A stretch of 64,000 nucleotides of DNA from Bacteroidota bacterium (GCA_025059945.1 JANXDC010000011.1:16673-80672), one strand, 5' to 3'. Shown: positions 53,721 through 61,265, numbered from the stretch's first letter. Notes: generated by a model from the letters alone, not told the origin. Numbers and translations are program-made.

Positions 53721-54738
53721 GGGTTACGTCCTCCGCAACGGAACCGGGAATCAGGCCCAGGGTCTCGGGCCAAGTGAAGAGCCGGTTGAGGTTCTGCACC
53801 GCCTGGCTGGCCGCGCCTTTGAGCAGGTTATCCAGGGCAAAGCCGATGACGAGCCGCCCATCGCGCAGAACCCAACCGATGTCGGCATAAGGCGTGCCCA
53901 CGCTCCAGCGCAGCTCAGGAAGCAAGCCGGGCCAGAGCCGCACGCAGCCGCCCTCGAGGTAGGCCTCCTGAAAACAGGCCTCCACGAAAGAGGCTGAAAG
54001 AGGCCTTTGCGGCAGTAGGTGGATCACCCCCCAGATGCCGCGCGTCCACGGCCCGGAGGCGGGCACGAAGGCCAGCTGCCAGTCGCCTTGCAGCCGGGCC
54101 TCGATTTCCGGCAGGTGCTGATGAGCCAAGACCTTGTAGGCCCGCACGTTGCCCTGGCGCGTGGGGAAGTGCGTCGTCTCCGAGGGTCGCACACCGGATC
54201 CGGAGGCTCCCGTGAGCGCCGTTACGTGGGCATGTCCCCGAACTCCGGCTCGGTCCAAGGGCCAGAGCGCGAGCAGGATCCCCGTGGCGAAACAGCCCGG
54301 ATTGGCGATCCAGCGGACATCCTCCGGATACGGACCGAGCTCGGGAAGCCCATATTGAAAACGCCCCACAAGTTCCGGGGCCGGATGGGTGAACCCGAAC
54401 CAGTGGGGATAAAGCTCAGCCCGGGGCAGGCGGAAGTCGGCGCTCAGATCTATGATCGCGCCGCCGTAGCCCCGTTGCAGGAGCTCGCGGACCGTTTCCG
54501 CTCCCTTTCCGTGCTCGGCCGCCACAAAGACCGCATCCGGAGAGCCGTTCAAGTCCAGCCGCTCGACGAAGCGCAGCTCCGAAAGCCCCCGCAGTTCCGG
54601 ATGCGCGGCCCAAAGGGGAGATCCGGCGTGATGCCGGCTGGTGACCGCGACCAGTTGAACGCGGGGATGGCCGAGCAAAAGCCGGATGAGCTCCCGGCCC
54701 GCGTAGCCAGATCCGTGCAGCAGGGCGACGCGCTTCAT
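53710..54738 (-). CDS. argC: N-acetyl-gamma-glutamyl-phosphate reductase
   Basis: ORF 53710-54966 trimmed to MKRVALLHGSGYAGRELIRLL. Active-site ANPGCFATG. ATGA overlap with the upstream gene stop (54738-54735). Confidence 0.92.
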   Translation of the reverse strand: MKRVALLHGSGYAGRELIRLLLGHPRVQLVAVTSRHHAGSPLWAAHPELRGLSELRFVERLDLNGSPDAVFVAAEHGKGAETVRELLQRGYGGAIIDLSADFRLPRAELYPHWFGFTHPAPELVGRFQYGLPELGPYPEDVRWIANPGCFATGILLALWPLDRAGVRGHAHVTALTGASGSGVRPSETTHFPTRQGNVRAYKVLAHQHLPEIEARLQGDWQLAFVPASGPWTRGIWGVIHLLPQRPLSASFVEACFQEAYLEGGCVRLWPGLLPELRWSVGTPYADIGWVLRDGRLVIGFALDNLLKGAASQAVQNLNRLFTWPETLGLIPGSVAEDVTHEL

Positions 54739-55814
54739 CCCACCACCCCTACGTGAGCGCGTCCGTTTGCGCCCCATCGCTCGCGCACAGCGAGCGCCTC
54801 CAGCACGCGTTCGGCTAGCGCCTCGGGTTCGCGTTGCGCGTTGAGGGCCGGGATGCCCAGGGCGTTTTGGATGTACTGTTTGCCCACGGCGTTGTCCGTT
54901 ACAGGTCCGACCATGACCGTAATCGGGCTCCGGTAACGGGTCCTGAAGAGATAATCGGCGGCCCATGCGCCGGCCAGGTCCGCGGCCGCCACCACGTGGG
55001 CGGCCGTAAGGGCCTCGAGCTCTTTGTCCATCAGCAGCTCATCGACCCCATAGTAGCCGATAAACCCATCGCCAAGCTCCAGCACCAGTACATCGGGGCG
55101 ATAAGCGTTCAAGGCCGCAATAAGGCCTTTGGCGATGGGCACCATGTTTTTGTTCACGGAGGAGACCACGCCGGCGTCGACGAACGTCAGACACGCTACG
55201 GCGCCGGCCTCGCGCATGGCCCGCACGTCACGCAATAGGGCCGCGCCTGTCAGTTTTGCCGCCGCTACGCGCAGCCCGTGCGCGCGCAGGCCCCGTACGA
55301 TCTGCGCCGCCGCATACGTTTTGCCCGTATTCATGGCTGTGCCGCTGACCATGATCAGAGGGGCCGCCTGGGGCAGGCTATAGACAGGTTCCAGGGCGTG
55401 ATCTTGGATGCGGGCGTGCCGTTTGATCCCGTTTAGCTCGTAGACCACGGCCCCCAGCACCTCGACCCGCAGCGCCGGACCCAGCTCGGGATGGTCTGAG
55501 GTGCACTGCCCCAGAATCCCGCCCATGTTGAGCACGTGCAGCACGTCGCCGACTTGAATCCGGCGCGGGATGCGGCCGCTATAACCCTTCAAGGCCTGTC
55601 GTTCGCCCAGGGCCCCGACCAGGATCTGCCCGCGGCGCAGGACCTGAAAGCTCCCGTCGCAGGTCTCCACTTGGTTGTAGCGATCTTTTTCTTCAAGCAC
55701 CCGCACGGCCACACAGTAGCCCTCTTCGGCTACGATGTAGGGGCTGATTTCCAACTCGGGGCCCAGGTTGCAGGGGGCCGTGCTGGAGGCGATCAGATCG
55801 ACGCGCAGGCGCAT
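54735..55814 (-). CDS. Uncharacterised protein: beta-rich N-domain plus SIMIBI/dethiobiotin-synthetase-like P-loop domain, embedded in the arg operon
   Basis: 359 aa. P-loop VSGTAMNTGKTYAAA and Walker-B-like VLVLELGDGFIG. Starts 2 nt after the argG stop and overlaps the argC start by ATGA. The family was not identified by eye; DUF1611/DgcN-like and CobQ/BioD-like are the candidates. Confidence 0.8.
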   Translation of the reverse strand: MRLRVDLIASSTAPCNLGPELEISPYIVAEEGYCVAVRVLEEKDRYNQVETCDGSFQVLRRGQILVGALGERQALKGYSGRIPRRIQVGDVLHVLNMGGILGQCTSDHPELGPALRVEVLGAVVYELNGIKRHARIQDHALEPVYSLPQAAPLIMVSGTAMNTGKTYAAAQIVRGLRAHGLRVAAAKLTGAALLRDVRAMREAGAVACLTFVDAGVVSSVNKNMVPIAKGLIAALNAYRPDVLVLELGDGFIGYYGVDELLMDKELEALTAAHVVAAADLAGAWAADYLFRTRYRSPITVMVGPVTDNAVGKQYIQNALGIPALNAQREPEALAERVLEALAVRERWGANGRAHVGVVG

Positions 55815-55816
55815 GG

Positions 55817-57034
55817 CTACTCCTTCTGAGGCTGGGTGGCGAACGCAGACCGCACGCGGTGCGCAAGCAAGGCGGGCACGCCCCAGATGCGGGCGAAGCC
55901 TTCGGCGTCGCGGCCGCTCCAGAGCTTGTTGACCTCCCCGTAGGTGGCCAGATCCGGGGCGAAGAGCGCATACGGGCTCTCGGCCCCCAGCACCTCGATT
56001 CGGCCCTGCTGAAGCCGGAGGCGCACGGTGCCCGTTACGAACTGTTGGGAAGAGTCCAAAAACGCCTCGATATCCCGCATCACGGGGTCAAAGTACTGGC
56101 CCTCGTGCAGCAGCATGCCGTAGAAGTCGGCCAGATGATCCTTCTGGAAACGCTGCCACTTGGTGAGCACGAGCTTCTCCAGCTCCCGGTGCGCGGTAAT
56201 GAGCACAAGCGCGGCGGGGGCCTCAAAGCCTATCCGGCCCTTGATGCCCAAGATTGTATCCCCGACGTGCGTGCCGCGCCCTACCCCGTGGGCGGCCCCG
56301 ATGCGGTTCAGGGCCTCAATAAGCGCGACGGGGTCCATGGGCTCCCCGTCTAGAGCGGTGGGCAAGCCCTTTTCGAAATCGATGCGCAGCTCCACCCCCT
56401 CCTGGGAGGCGAGCGCAGGGTCCTGCGTCTCCACCCAGGCCTCCGGGGGCAGAGGCTCAGAGGGGGTGAGCGTCTCCCGACCGCCGATCGTCGTGCCCCA
56501 CAGGCCGCGGTTAATCGAGTAGCTGGCCTTGGCCTCCGAGATGGGAAAACCGCGCGCCCGCAAATAAGCGGCCGTCTGCTCGCGCGTCCAGCCCAGATCC
56601 CGAATCGGGGTCAGGATGGCTAGATCGTCGGCCAGCACCCGCAGGGCCACATCAAAGCGGATCTGGTCGTTGCCCGCCCCCGTAGAGCCGTGCGCGACGG
56701 CCCACGCCCCCAGCTGGCGGGCCATCTCCACGACCTTGCGGGCCTGCACCACCCGTTCCGGGCCCACGCAGAGCGGATAGACCCCGCCTCGCAGCACATT
56801 GCCCTTGATGAGGTAGCTTAGGTGCGCGACAAACAGCTCACGGCGGCCGTCTACGGTCCAATGCCCGGCTGAACCCAAGGCCTTCGCCCACCCGGCTAGC
56901 CGTTCGGCCTCGGCTTCGTCGATACCCCCTGTGTTGACGGTTACCGTGTAGACGGGATCTCCGTAGTGCTCTCTGAGGTAGAGCACGCAGAAGGACGTAT
57001 CCAGCCCTCCGCTAAAGGCCAACACAATTGCCAT
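55817..57034 (-). CDS. argG: Argininosuccinate synthase
   Basis: ORF 55817-57070 trimmed to MAIVLAFSGGLDTSFCVLYL. The upstream TTG start would lie inside the leader terminator U-tract. GGAGG upstream. Confidence 0.93.
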   Translation of the reverse strand: MAIVLAFSGGLDTSFCVLYLREHYGDPVYTVTVNTGGIDEAEAERLAGWAKALGSAGHWTVDGRRELFVAHLSYLIKGNVLRGGVYPLCVGPERVVQARKVVEMARQLGAWAVAHGSTGAGNDQIRFDVALRVLADDLAILTPIRDLGWTREQTAAYLRARGFPISEAKASYSINRGLWGTTIGGRETLTPSEPLPPEAWVETQDPALASQEGVELRIDFEKGLPTALDGEPMDPVALIEALNRIGAAHGVGRGTHVGDTILGIKGRIGFEAPAALVLITAHRELEKLVLTKWQRFQKDHLADFYGMLLHEGQYFDPVMRDIEAFLDSSQQFVTGTVRLRLQQGRIEVLGAESPYALFAPDLATYGEVNKLWSGRDAEGFARIWGVPALLAHRVRSAFATQPQKE

Positions 57035-57063
57035 CTTGTGGCCGTGCCTCCGGTTTAGTGCTG

Positions 57064-57096
57064 AAAACAAAAACGCCGGTTCGAGTGAACCGGCGT
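57064..57096 (-). terminator. Intrinsic terminator hairpin inside the argG 5' leader (candidate attenuator)
   Basis: Minus strand reads ACGCCGGTTC-ACTC-GAACCGGCGT (perfect 10-bp stem) followed by TTTTGTTTT. It ends 29 nt before the argG ATG. No minus-strand gene lies upstream that it could terminate. Confidence 0.7.
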
Positions 57097-57120
57097 CTGC
57101 GTATACGAGCTAGGATGATT

Positions 57121-57222
57121 TTATACAGCTTTCCGTGCCACGCAACGCCCGTTCACCCGTCGGGGGGCTCCCCCTCGTCGGGATCGTCGGACGCGGGCGA
57201 TGTGGGCGGTGTGCTTCGCCAT
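57121..57222 (-). CDS. Putative Arg-rich leader peptide (33 aa) of the arg operon
   Basis: ATG 57222 to TAA 57121, translated by hand as MAKHTAHIARVRRSRRGGAPRRVNGRCVARKAV. Nine Arg codons, five of them CGA. Codons 23-28 form the antiterminator strand. Too short for the supplied ORF track. Confidence 0.45.
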   Translation of the reverse strand: MAKHTAHIARVRRSRRGGAPRRVNGRCVARKAV

Positions 57223-57233
57223 AGGCGGGTGCA

Positions 57234-57262
57234 AGTGTACGGAATGCGCGGGGGAATGTCAA
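57234..57262 (-). promoter_or_regulatory. Candidate sigma70-type promoter for the arg leader and operon
   Basis: Minus strand TTGACA-17 nt-TACACT. The -10 ends 11 nt before the leader ATG, which implies a very short 5' UTR. Confidence 0.4.
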
Positions 57263-57354
57263 GAGGCCGAAACGATTTTGTTACAAGTGCCCGCAGTTCT
57301 TGCGCCTCCCTGTCGGGTAGCGCGAGATTGCGCGGCGTAAGCAAGGAGGTGAAG

Positions 57355-58620
57355 ATGCGTTGGGTAGCCTCAGGCCTATTGCTGTTCTTTTGGGTGCCGA
57401 CTCTGGGGGCACAGCCCGATCGCCCGAGCGGTTCTCGGTTCGATCCCCGCATGCTGCAAGAGCGCGCCATTCAAGCGGCGCTTCAGTGGGTTGAGGCGCA
57501 TCGGGAGGCGCACGTGCAGGAGTGGATCCGGCTTACGGAGATCCCGGCGCCCTCTGGGCGCGAGGCGCGCCGAGCGGCCTATATTCGAGCGGAGATGGAG
57601 CGCATGGGGCTGGACTCCGTGCACATCGACGCCAAGGGCAACGTCGTGGGTATTTTGCGCGGCCGATCCCGCCATCCGGCTATTGCCGTGGCCGCGCACA
57701 TGGACACGGTGCATCCGCTGGAGGAGATCCGGGTGCGCCGAGAGGGGGACACCCTCTATGCGCCGGGGGTGCTGGACGATACGGCCGGGCTTGTGGTGAT
57801 GCTCCAGACGGCTCGGGCGCTTCGGGCCAGCCGGGTCCCTTTAAGCGGGGATGTGATCTTGATCGCCACGGTGCAGGAGGAGGTGGGGCTAAAGGGCATG
57901 GAGTATTGGCTCAACCAAAACCCTCGACGGGCCGACATGGTCATCGCCGTGGACGGCAACCTGGGGGATGTGCCCTATGGAGCGCTTGGCATCAAGTGGT
58001 TTCGGTTTCACTATCGCGCCTATGGGGCGCACACCATGCAGAGCCTGGGTCAGCCCAACCCCAACCGAGCCGTGGCGCGGGCGATTCAGGACATTTACCG
58101 GCTGCCCTTGCCGCATCCCTCGGGCGCGTTTGTGATCTACAACGTCGGCCTGATCGGCGGGGGCACGGTGCCCAACGCCGTCTCCCAGCACTCCTACTTC
58201 ACCGTGGACCTGCGCTCTCCGAGTGCGCGCTTGTTGCAGGAGTACGCCGACTCCATCTTGGCGCGCGCCCGCCGGGCGGCTGAGCAAGAGCGGGTGCGCT
58301 TTGAGCTTGAGGTGCTCAACGACGCCCCAGCTGGCGGCACGGAGGCGGAGCTAGCCGACCGGCGCGAACACCCGCTAGTGCAGACGGCTGTGCACGTGCT
58401 GAATTACCTCGAAGTGGGCAGGCAACTGGGGCGTCCTGTGCGACCTGTAGCGACGGGTTCTACGGACGCCAACATGGCCGTTGTCCGAGGCATCCCGGCC
58501 ATCGCCTATGGGCGCTGCTTCGGTCGCGATCAGCACACCCTGCAGGAGGCGGCCCACATCCCCAGCGCCTTTACCGCCACAAAGGGCCTTATTCTGCTCT
58601 TGGCCTCGCTGCTGCGCTAG
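57355..58620 (+). CDS. Secreted M20 family metallopeptidase (ArgE/DapE/CPG2 fold)
   Basis: ORF 57028-58620 trimmed to MRWVASGLLLFFWVPTLGAQ (signal peptide), with AAGGAGG 6 nt upstream. Motifs AHMDTVH, VLDDTAG, TVQEEVGLKG. Confidence 0.88.
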   Translation: MRWVASGLLLFFWVPTLGAQPDRPSGSRFDPRMLQERAIQAALQWVEAHREAHVQEWIRLTEIPAPSGREARRAAYIRAEMERMGLDSVHIDAKGNVVGILRGRSRHPAIAVAAHMDTVHPLEEIRVRREGDTLYAPGVLDDTAGLVVMLQTARALRASRVPLSGDVILIATVQEEVGLKGMEYWLNQNPRRADMVIAVDGNLGDVPYGALGIKWFRFHYRAYGAHTMQSLGQPNPNRAVARAIQDIYRLPLPHPSGAFVIYNVGLIGGGTVPNAVSQHSYFTVDLRSPSARLLQEYADSILARARRAAEQERVRFELEVLNDAPAGGTEAELADRREHPLVQTAVHVLNYLEVGRQLGRPVRPVATGSTDANMAVVRGIPAIAYGRCFGRDQHTLQEAAHIPSAFTATKGLILLLASLLR

Positions 58621-59503
58621 GACGCGGCCACCAAGCTAGCAGCAGCCCGCCTAACGTGAGCACCATACCCAGGCCGCTCACAAGACCTGGAACCTCACCC
58701 CAAAGCGCGTAGGCCATAAGCGAAGCCAAGAGGGGCTCGGAGAATACCACAAGCGCCACTAGAGCGGGCGTAAGAAAGCGCACGAGGTAGTTGAGCGTTC
58801 CGTGTCCGATGAGCTGCGGACCGAGCGCCATAAAGGCGCACAGGCCATAGAAGGTTCGCGTATAGCCTGTTGCAGCAAGCCCCATTGCGAGCAGGAGCAC
58901 ACCCAGCAGAAGGGCCACCACGCCGTATAGAAGTCCCACGTAGAGAAGCCAAGATATGCGCTGGCGCATAAGGCGCCCCACGAGCAAATAACCCGCAAAG
59001 CAAAGCGCTGAGCTCACCGCCAAAGCATTGCCCAGAGGGGCTTGGGGGAAGGATGCGGAAGCCTGTCGCGCATCTCCCCAGCCGATAAGGGCTCCGCCCA
59101 GGGTGGCCAGCGCAACGCCAAGCCCGCCGGCAAAGCTCAGCCGCTCCCGGAGCCACCAATAGCCCAAAATGGCAATAAAGATCGGATGAATCGAGACGAG
59201 CACCGAGGCGCTGGCCACGGAAGTATACCGCAGGGCATAGACCCATAGGGCAAAGTGCAACGCCAAAAACGCGCCGGCCAGGGCGATCCAAAGCCCATCC
59301 CGGGCTCGAATCCGCTTCAGTTCCTCTCTCCGCCATATCCCCACGGGAAGCGCGAGCAGAGCGATCGCCCAAAGCGCCCGCCAGAAGGCGATCGCAAGCG
59401 GTGGAGCCTGCGGCGCCTCCGCCATGGCCAGCCGCACCAGAATAGGGCTTGCGGCAAAGGCTATCATGGCCAGGGGCAGCAACAGCAGAAGGCGCGTCTT
59501 CAT
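58589..59503 (-). CDS. EamA/DMT family transporter
   Basis: ORF trimmed to MKTRLLLLLPLAMIAFAASPILVRLA. Ten hydrophobic segments in a 5+5 arrangement. The 3' end overlaps the convergent M20 gene by 32 nt. Confidence 0.85.
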   Translation of the reverse strand: MKTRLLLLLPLAMIAFAASPILVRLAMAEAPQAPPLAIAFWRALWAIALLALPVGIWRREELKRIRARDGLWIALAGAFLALHFALWVYALRYTSVASASVLVSIHPIFIAILGYWWLRERLSFAGGLGVALATLGGALIGWGDARQASASFPQAPLGNALAVSSALCFAGYLLVGRLMRQRISWLLYVGLLYGVVALLLGVLLLAMGLAATGYTRTFYGLCAFMALGPQLIGHGTLNYLVRFLTPALVALVVFSEPLLASLMAYALWGEVPGLVSGLGMVLTLGGLLLAWWPRPSAAARPRAE

Positions 59504-59650
59504 CGTATAAGCTTTTCTAATGAAAGATCGCTTTTTTCGATTGCTTTTTGGCCTACCTATGTTTACTTTCGCGAGGCTCATCAGGGGGCCCTGGAGCGCA
59601 GGGCCTCACGTACAGGCGACTTACCCAGGGAAGGAGACCTAGGTGTGCAG

Positions 59651-59692
59651 CAGGGAGAATCATTTCTTTGCACGTTCTCCTGTGTTTTTTTT
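59651..59692 (+). terminator. Terminator-like hairpin plus T8 in the long leader upstream of the response-regulator gene
   Basis: CAGGGAGAA / TTCTCCTG (8 bp with one bulge), 15-nt loop, then TG and TTTTTTTT. About 85 nt upstream of GTG 59777. Confidence 0.4.
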
Positions 59693-59776
59693 GACCTTTC
59701 CGAGATCGCAGATGAGGGGGGAGAAGGAGTCCGCTCGCGGCGAGCATCCTGGCGGGAGCCGGCACGTCTGCCGGTC

Positions 59777-60136
59777 GTGCTCGTCGTGGAGGATAACCCC
59801 GACGTACGGCGGCTGCTCGTTTTGTATTTGCGCGGCCGTTACGAGGTGGTCGAAGCCGCAACGGGCGAGGAGGCCTTTCGGATCGTCCAAGAGCGGCCGG
59901 TGGATGCGATCCTTATGGACATCAATCTGCCCGGGGATTGGAGCGGGCTGGATGCGGCGCGCGCCATCCGGGCTCTGCCTGGCATGGCGCATGTGCCCAT
60001 TATCGCCCAGACGGCCTATGCCGCGCTTTTCGATGAACAGCAGGTGCTTGCCGCTGGCTGCTCTTATTACATGAACAAGCCCATATACCGTCATGAGCTG
60101 CTTAGCGTGCTGGAGCGTTTTCTTTCGCACCCGTAG
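59777..60136 (+). CDS. Single-domain CheY-like response regulator (orphan)
   Basis: Receiver domain VLVVEDNPDVRRL...ILMDINLPG...MNKP in the frame of ORF 59255-60136. There is no in-frame ATG near the domain start, so GTG 59777 is proposed. The start is uncertain. Confidence 0.7.
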   Translation: MLVVEDNPDVRRLLVLYLRGRYEVVEAATGEEAFRIVQERPVDAILMDINLPGDWSGLDAARAIRALPGMAHVPIIAQTAYAALFDEQQVLAAGCSYYMNKPIYRHELLSVLERFLSHP

Positions 60137-61265
60137 CCGCGCTTTTCTCCAGTAGCCGATTCCAGATGCTGAGGTGTTGGCGGAGGAGGCTGCGCCAGCT
60201 GTAATGCTCCTGCACCGCCAGCCTAGCTTGCCGGCCCAGTTCGTGTAGGGCCGTTCGTGTGCTTAGGATGGTTTGCAGGTGCGCGCGCCAGCGCGGGGCG
60301 TCTTGGGCGGGCAAAAGCCACCCCATTTCGGGCTGGCGCACGGCATCTTGGATGCCCTCTAGATGCGCCGCCAGCACCGGTGTGCCGCACAAGGCAGCCT
60401 CCAGGATCACCACGCCAAATCCCTCTATGTCCCCAGGCACGGGCACGTTGGGCATTACGAACAGATCGGCGGCCGCATACACGGTGTGCAAAAGCTCCTC
60501 GGGCACTCTTCCGGGGGTCCAGATGCGCTCCGGACGTTCAAGCATCCGAATGGCTTCTCGAATCGTTCCCCGCTCCGGTCCGTCGCCGATAAGGGCGTAT
60601 TGCGTTTCAACGGGCAGCGCGGGCATGACTTCGCGCAAAAACCAGCCGAAGCCCTTTCGCCGCACCCACCGGCCCACGCTCACCAGAAGCGGGGCTTCCG
60701 GGTCGAGTGCCTCCCAGCCATGCGCGCGCAACAGGGCCCGGGCTTGGGTCCGATCCGGGACCGTACGGAGGCGCGCCGGATCGATTCCGTTGGGCACCAC
60801 GAAGCCTTTTTCCGGGGTGAGCCCCCGGGCTTGGCATGCCGCAAGCGTGGCCCGGCTGGGGGTGCAGACGGCATCCAGTTCCTTCAGCACCCGCCTGAGC
60901 CAGCGCTGATAGGGCCCGAAAGGCGCGATCACGTCTAGGCCGTGTGCGATCGCCACACAAGGCACCGCGATGCGATCTCGCAACAGGGGCACGAGCACGG
61001 CCGTGACCATGGAGGTGAAAAGCACCAGATCCGGCTGCAGGCGCCTTAGAAGGCGGGGCAAGTTCCCGCGGAGCCAGAGCAGAAAGGCCGCTGTGGCGGG
61101 TCCGATGAATCGCCAGGGCACCTGTAAGAGCACCGGGAAGGTCGCCACATCCGGCTCCCTGCGCAGCGCCTCAAGCAGCTCCCAGCTCACCCGCTGCATG
61201 CCTCCTGTGCTCCGCATAAGATCGCCTGCCGGAGGATGGATATGGGAGATGAAAAGAATCCGCAT
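60102..61265 (-). CDS. Glycosyltransferase family 4 (GT-B fold)
   Basis: 387 aa. C-terminal EX7E-type motif EGFGVVILEAALCGTPVLA. The 3' end overlaps the convergent regulator gene by 35 nt. Confidence 0.85.
   Translation of the reverse strand: MRILFISHIHPPAGDLMRSTGGMQRVSWELLEALRREPDVATFPVLLQVPWRFIGPATAAFLLWLRGNLPRLLRRLQPDLVLFTSMVTAVLVPLLRDRIAVPCVAIAHGLDVIAPFGPYQRWLRRVLKELDAVCTPSRATLAACQARGLTPEKGFVVPNGIDPARLRTVPDRTQARALLRAHGWEALDPEAPLLVSVGRWVRRKGFGWFLREVMPALPVETQYALIGDGPERGTIREAIRMLERPERIWTPGRVPEELLHTVYAAADLFVMPNVPVPGDIEGFGVVILEAALCGTPVLAAHLEGIQDAVRQPEMGWLLPAQDAPRWRAHLQTILSTRTALHELGRQARLAVQEHYSWRSLLRQHLSIWNRLLEKSAATGAKENAPAR

Noticed and set aside
57035-57070. TTG start at 57070 for argG (the ORF-track maximal ORF)
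   Set aside because: This TTG sits in the U-tract of the leader terminator. The conserved argininosuccinate synthase N-terminus (MAIVLAFSGGLDTS) begins at ATG 57034.
57028-57354. 109-aa N-terminal extension of the M20 peptidase ORF, and the overlapping 105-aa and 112-aa minus-strand ORFs
   Set aside because: The extension would run through the argG start, the leader terminator and the promoter. ATG 57355 has AAGGAGG at ideal spacing and opens directly into a signal peptide. The minus-strand ORFs have no support.
57355-58620. M20 peptidase as the missing ArgE (acetylornithine deacetylase) of the adjacent arg operon
   Set aside because: It carries a clear N-terminal signal peptide (MRWVASGLLLFFWVPTLGAQ), so it is predicted to be exported. 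It is also transcribed divergently. A cytoplasmic ArgE role is unlikely.
59255-60074. 293-aa ORF 59255-60136 as a long response regulator, and the 143-aa ORF 59643-60074
   Set aside because: The upstream 170 aa of the first ORF overlap the EamA gene and the spacer and look non-protein-like. The second ORF is out of frame with the receiver domain. Only the receiver-domain portion from about 59777 is supported.
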